A DNA stretch of 64,000 bases. Origin: Heterodontus francisci. Taxonomy: Eukaryota. A program made the position numbers and the translations under genes. Shown piece after piece: positions 59,542-64,000 of this stretch; the stretch's first letter is position 1, and every line of letters begins with the position of its first letter. The stretch is from NCBI RefSeq assembly GCF_036365525.1, contig NC_090399.1, forward strand, positions 54,158,430-54,222,429, read 5' to 3'. The notes below the pieces were generated by a model. It was not told the DNA's origin and made no database searches. It worked only from the letters and a program-made list of their open reading frames with translations.

Positions 59542-60363
59542 ATGAGTGATAAAGCCTTCACACGGTCCTCAGCTCTCGTCCAACACCAGCGGACGCACAC
59601 AGGGGAAAAGCCCTTCAGGTGTGAGGTTTGTGACAAAGCTTTTGTGAGATCGTCCACACTCCTGGTCCACCAGCGAGTGCACACGGGGGAGAAACCTTTC
59701 CGCTGTGAGGTTTGTACAAAAGGTTTCACACTGTTATCTACCCTCCTGATACACCAGCGGATCCACACAGGGGATAGACCTTTCAAGTGCGAGGTTTGTG
59801 ATAAGACCTTCACGCAGTCATCGACCCTCCTTCACCATCACAGGATCCACACAGGGGAGAAACGGTTCAGCTGTAGGGTTTGCCAGAAAGCGTTCACACA
59901 CCCCTCGAGCCTGCTGCAACACCAGAGGATTCACACAGGACAGAAACCCTTCAGGTGTGAGGTGTGTGACAGAGCCTTCACACACACATCCCGTCTCTTG
60001 GAACACCAAAGGATTCACAGGGGAGAGAAACCCTTCAGGTGTGAGATGTGTGATAAAGTCTTCACACGCTCCTCAAACCTCCTGGCTCACTACAGGACCC
60101 ACACGAGGGAAAAAACTTCCCGCTGTGAGTTTTGTAAGAAAACCTTCCCACATTTGTCAGACCTGGTGGAACATCAGCAAACCCACACAGGGGAGACCCC
60201 ATTCAGGTGTGAGTTCTGCAACAAAGCTTTCAAACAGTTGCCTGATCTCCTGGAACATCAACGTACTCACACGGGAGACAAACCCTTCCAGTGTGACGTG
60301 TGCCAGGAATGTTTCACCTACTCTTCCTCTCTAGAGCTTCACCAGAGTCTCCACACGGGATAG
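59542..60363 (+). CDS. C2H2 zinc-finger protein, paralogue 4; 9 intact fingers from the first in-frame ATG (10 in the open frame from 59386); may be a pseudogene
   Basis: The frame is open from 59386 to 60363. The ATG used by the paralogues is AAG here (59228), and the upstream fingers carry a frameshift and a stop at 59383. Confidence 0.65.
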   Translation: MSDKAFTRSSALVQHQRTHTGEKPFRCEVCDKAFVRSSTLLVHQRVHTGEKPFRCEVCTKGFTLLSTLLIHQRIHTGDRPFKCEVCDKTFTQSSTLLHHHRIHTGEKRFSCRVCQKAFTHPSSLLQHQRIHTGQKPFRCEVCDRAFTHTSRLLEHQRIHRGEKPFRCEMCDKVFTRSSNLLAHYRTHTREKTSRCEFCKKTFPHLSDLVEHQQTHTGETPFRCEFCNKAFKQLPDLLEHQRTHTGDKPFQCDVCQECFTYSSSLELHQSLHTG

Positions 60364-60809
60364 AAACCCTCCGAGATTGACATGTACCAGTGCGGTTTCA
60401 CCATCTCCTCCTCCTCCTCCCTTCCAGTATGATCACTGCAAGAACTGCTTCACTGACATAGCCACGTCGGCTTGGAGCAAACTCAAGTCCTCCGGCATTA
60501 CGATGGTCTTCAGAGCTGTCTCCAGGCTGCCTTGTCCCCCTGCAGCTGAGCAGCTGTTCCATTGTGGTACCTGTTGTGAATTTGCAGCAACATCACCAAG
60601 CTTACCCAGTTTCACTGCATGCAGATCCGTGAGACAGTGTAGGGGGGCAATGGACCAATCTGATCCATTTGAATGCAGTGGATGTGAGCTTCATCTGTGT
60701 TTGGTTGTAAAATATTTCCGAATTTGTATCTGGACCAGAGCACTGGGATTTCAAATCAAGAAATGGCCTGCGGTGTCTGACAGAATGTCTCATAATATGC
60801 GTGCAATCA

Positions 60810-61000
60810 CTGAACTCAGCAGCCGGCTTGATTGGCATGCCATCCACCATTTTAAACATTCACTCCCTGCACCACTGGCACACAGTGGCAGCAGTGTGTA
60901 CCATCTACAAGATGCACTGCAGCAACTCGCCAAGCCTCCTTTGACAGCAGCTTCCAAACCCGTGATATATTCCACAAGGACAGCAGAGGCACCAAGGACC
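60810..61000 (+). mobile_element. Non-LTR retrotransposon fragment
   Basis: Paralogous to the start of 48310-48770. Confidence 0.55.
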
Positions 61001-61174
61001 TTGAAATACCTGTGAATGTTCTAGTTCAGTGCTAACTGAAATCCCTGGGGTATCTAACTAAGATTGTCAACACTGCAGCATTGACCTGCAGTCTTCAGCA
61101 ATTAGACATTAACCTTCAGCACACTGCTGTGGGCAACCTGTGAGTAAAATCACAGAGGCATCAAAAAAAGATTG

Positions 61175-62750
61175 TCTGTTGGCCTTACCATCCATGAGCT
61201 TATTGTGGATGATCACATTGACATCATGGCTTTGACGGAGACATGGCTGAGGGGTGACGGCACCTTTCCCCTTAATGAAGCTTCCCCGTCCTGGCTATAC
61301 CTTTTACCATCTGTCCTGCTCAAACCGCCATAGTGATACTTTAGCTCTTGTCTATAAATCACACCTTGGTCTGTCTCCTTACTCCTCTGGCAACTTCTCC
61401 ACCTTTGAGTTCCACCCCTCGTATTTCTCTTTTCAAAACTTTGTTCTGTGCGGCCCACCCAAGTGTCACTCCAGGTTTCTCACTGAGATATCTTCACTGC
61501 TTTCCTCCCTCTGCCTCTGTGCTGAGCGGCTTCTTATCCTCGGTGATTTCAATCTCCATTTCAATTCGTCATTCTCTCTCTCCTCGGAGTTTACTGCCCT
61601 CTTTCCTTGCCTAAATCTCTATCTTCATATAAACTCTCCGACCCATACATGTGGCCAGTCCTTTGATCTTGTTATGTGGCCACACTACTCCCATTGTAAT
61701 TATCTCTGAGAAGGAAATCTCTGATCATTTCCACTCTCTACCCACATTGCCCTCCACCTCCCAAGCCCACTTCTTTCTGTGTCAGACTCTGGAAAAAGCT
61801 TTCCCCCAAAATCACCCGCCTCTGCTCAACTATTTATCCTTTAACCTTGAATTCATCATGACAGCTGGGAAGCTATTGCTTTGCTGAATCACACCCTCTC
61901 CATGACCTTTAATGCCCTTGTCCTCACTGGGACTATTATTCTTTCTCACCCTAATCCGTTCCCCCTAGTATACCCTCCTCTCCACTCCCTTCAGTCCAAG
62001 GGATGCAGACCTGAATGTCTTTGGTATACACCTGGTTTAACCGTTCATCATCAGTTCTGGCTGGACCACTTAAAGCATTATCAGCCTATACACTCTCTCT
62101 CACTAATACTGCCCACTATTCAAAGATCAGCCTAGAATGCAAAGATAATCCTGGCTTCTCTTCACCACAAACCATCTTAAACCACCCTTTCCTGCCTCCT
62201 TCACACTCCTCTCCAACAGTAAGTGTGATCAGCTCATGGGCTTTTTTGTTACAAAGGTCGAGACAATCTGTTGAGCTGCCTCTGCTGCTTGCTTTCCTTC
62301 CACTAGCCTATTTGGCCTAACTTCCTCTAAGCTTCCCCCTTGTCTTAACTCTGATTTTGCATCTTTCTCTAGTTTCTCTCCTCATGCCCCCTCCGAGTTC
62401 CTCTTGGCAGTGAGACCCACCTCCTGCCCTCTGGAGCCTGTTCCCACTAAACTGCTGACCACCCAACTCCCCTTCCTGGCTCCCATGTTATCTGACATTG
62501 TTAATGGCTCTCTCTCTCTTCAGGTATCTTTCTTTACTCCTTCAAATCTGCTGTCATCACCCCTCTCCTCAAAGAAACAACCCTTGACCGCCCATTCCTA
62601 CTGCCCCATCTCCAACCTCCTTCTCCTCTCCAAAGTCCTTGAAGTTGTCGCACCTCACAAATCTGTGCCTACGTTTCTCGTAACGTCTTGTTTAATTTCA
62701 TCCAATCAGCTTTCTGCTTTTGACACGGTACTGAAATGGCTCTATAACTC
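61175..62750 (+). mobile_element. Decayed L2-clade LINE ORF2 (AP endonuclease and start of RT)
   Basis: IDIMALTETWLRG and LILGDFNLH (EEP motifs), then PTSCPLEPVPTKLL and PISNLLLLSKVLE (RT). There are many frameshifts. Confidence 0.85.
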
Positions 62751-62751
62751 T

Positions 62752-63245
62752 TTAATGGGATGTGGACTTTGCTGGCCAGGCCAGCATTTGTTGCCCATCC
62801 CTAATTGCCTTTGAGAAGGTTGTTTTGAGCCTCTTTTTTGAACTGCTGCGGTCTATCTGGTGCAGGTACTCCCACAGTGCTGGATTTTGACCCAGCGACA
62901 ATGAAGAAACGGTGATATAGTTCCGAGACAGGATAGTGTGTGGCTTGGAGGGGAACTTGCAGGTGGTGGCATTTCTATGCATCTGCTGCCCTTGTCCTTC
63001 TAGGTGGTGAAGCTTTTGGGTTTGGATGGTGCTGTCTAAGGAGCCTTGGTGAGTTGCTGCAGTGCATCTTGTAGATGGTGCACACTACTGCCACTGTGCG
63101 TTGGTGGTGAAGGGACTGAATGTTGAAGGTGGTGGTTTGGGTGCCCATCAAGCAGACTGTTTTGTCCTGGATGATGTCGAGCTTCTTGAGTGTTGTTGGA
63201 GCTGCACTTATCCAGGCAGCTGGAGAGTATTTCATCACATTTTGA
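62752..63245 (-). mobile_element. Non-LTR retrotransposon 3' fragment
   Basis: Minus-strand MKYSPAAWISAAPTTLKKLDIIQDK...SLHHQRTV. Confidence 0.7.
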
Positions 63246-63735
63246 CTGCGACAAAGGTAAACTATTCCTCCTCGTCCTTTTGCCCCGTCTGCAGATTTTG
63301 ACTTGTGTGACCACACCATTCTCCTCCCACGTCTGTCCGCCATCGTCCAGCTGGCTGGGACTGCACTTGTCTGATTTCATTAGTATCTGCCCTGTTGTAA
63401 CCAAAGAACCATCATCAATGCTTTCTCTTCCCATTCCTGCACCATTACCCTTTCCTGTTCTAATATCAATGCTTCATCTCCTTGTGTTCACAGGAGTGTT
63501 GAATAAATGAGTAAACCTGTAATGCATGACTCTGACTATCTGACTGTAAATCAGTAGGAGGGAATTAACTCATTTAACATAGAACGAGAATCTGACCAAA
63601 GTAGATCAGTTCAGGTTGGAGCAATTGACTTGTCCCTGATTGGGATGGTAAGGAAATTCAGAACAAATTAAATCAGCACCTTATAAACATGACAATCGGG
63701 GCAGGGAAATACTGAGTCATAGATAGGCTTGAAGG

Positions 63736-63873
63736 AGACGGATAAACAAAAAAAAAATCAGTGCGTCACAGTGTAAAATCAGACAGACACAGGATTTGTT
63801 TTTACATTAGTCTATGGACTGTGTCTGTCTGATTTTACACTGACGCACTGATTTTTTTTTTGTTTATCCATCT
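63736..63873. mobile_element. Fold-back, MITE-like element (138 bp)
   Basis: Near-perfect inverted arms of ~55 bp around a 26-bp spacer. The direct repeat GCTTGAAG lies at 63727 and 63874. Confidence 0.7.
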
Positions 63874-64000
63874 GCTTGAAGAAATGGTCGCAACTGCACC
63901 CATGCAAGCATTCACTCTCTCATGCCCACACACACACAAGAATAGAGAGGAAAAGGGTAAGAGGTTTGAAGTGAGGTAGGTGTTCAGGGTTCACAATAAA

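Overview
This is eukaryotic DNA, almost certainly from a shark or other cartilaginous fish, judged from HE1-type V-SINEs, SacSINE1/Deu-type SINEs and shark-type CR1, L2 and Penelope fragments. The window holds a head-to-tail cluster of four paralogous C2H2 zinc-finger genes on the + strand, with no KRAB, SCAN or BTB domain visible. Each unit has the same layout: a 33/31-bp CpG-rich minisatellite, a ~330-bp CCAAT/GC/ETS promoter with a non-coding first exon, a 73-bp tandem array starting exactly at the GTGAGT donor, a TE-rich intron, and a large exon. That exon runs from decayed fingers through 9-14 intact fingers to a stop codon inside a TGEKP linker, followed by more decayed fingers. The middle fingers vary between paralogues, while the last three acidic fingers are almost invariant. 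Array sizes differ greatly: the 73-mer has >=95, ~18, ~8 and 2 copies, and the 33-mer spans 13.7 kb, 1.3 kb and ~0.6 kb. The rest is LTR elements and solo LTRs, Penelope-like elements with minimal hammerhead ribozyme motifs, LINE and SINE fragments, and a small fold-back element. Most ORFs in the supplied track are artefacts of the repeats. TE boundaries were read by eye and are approximate unless a target-site duplication (TSD) is given.
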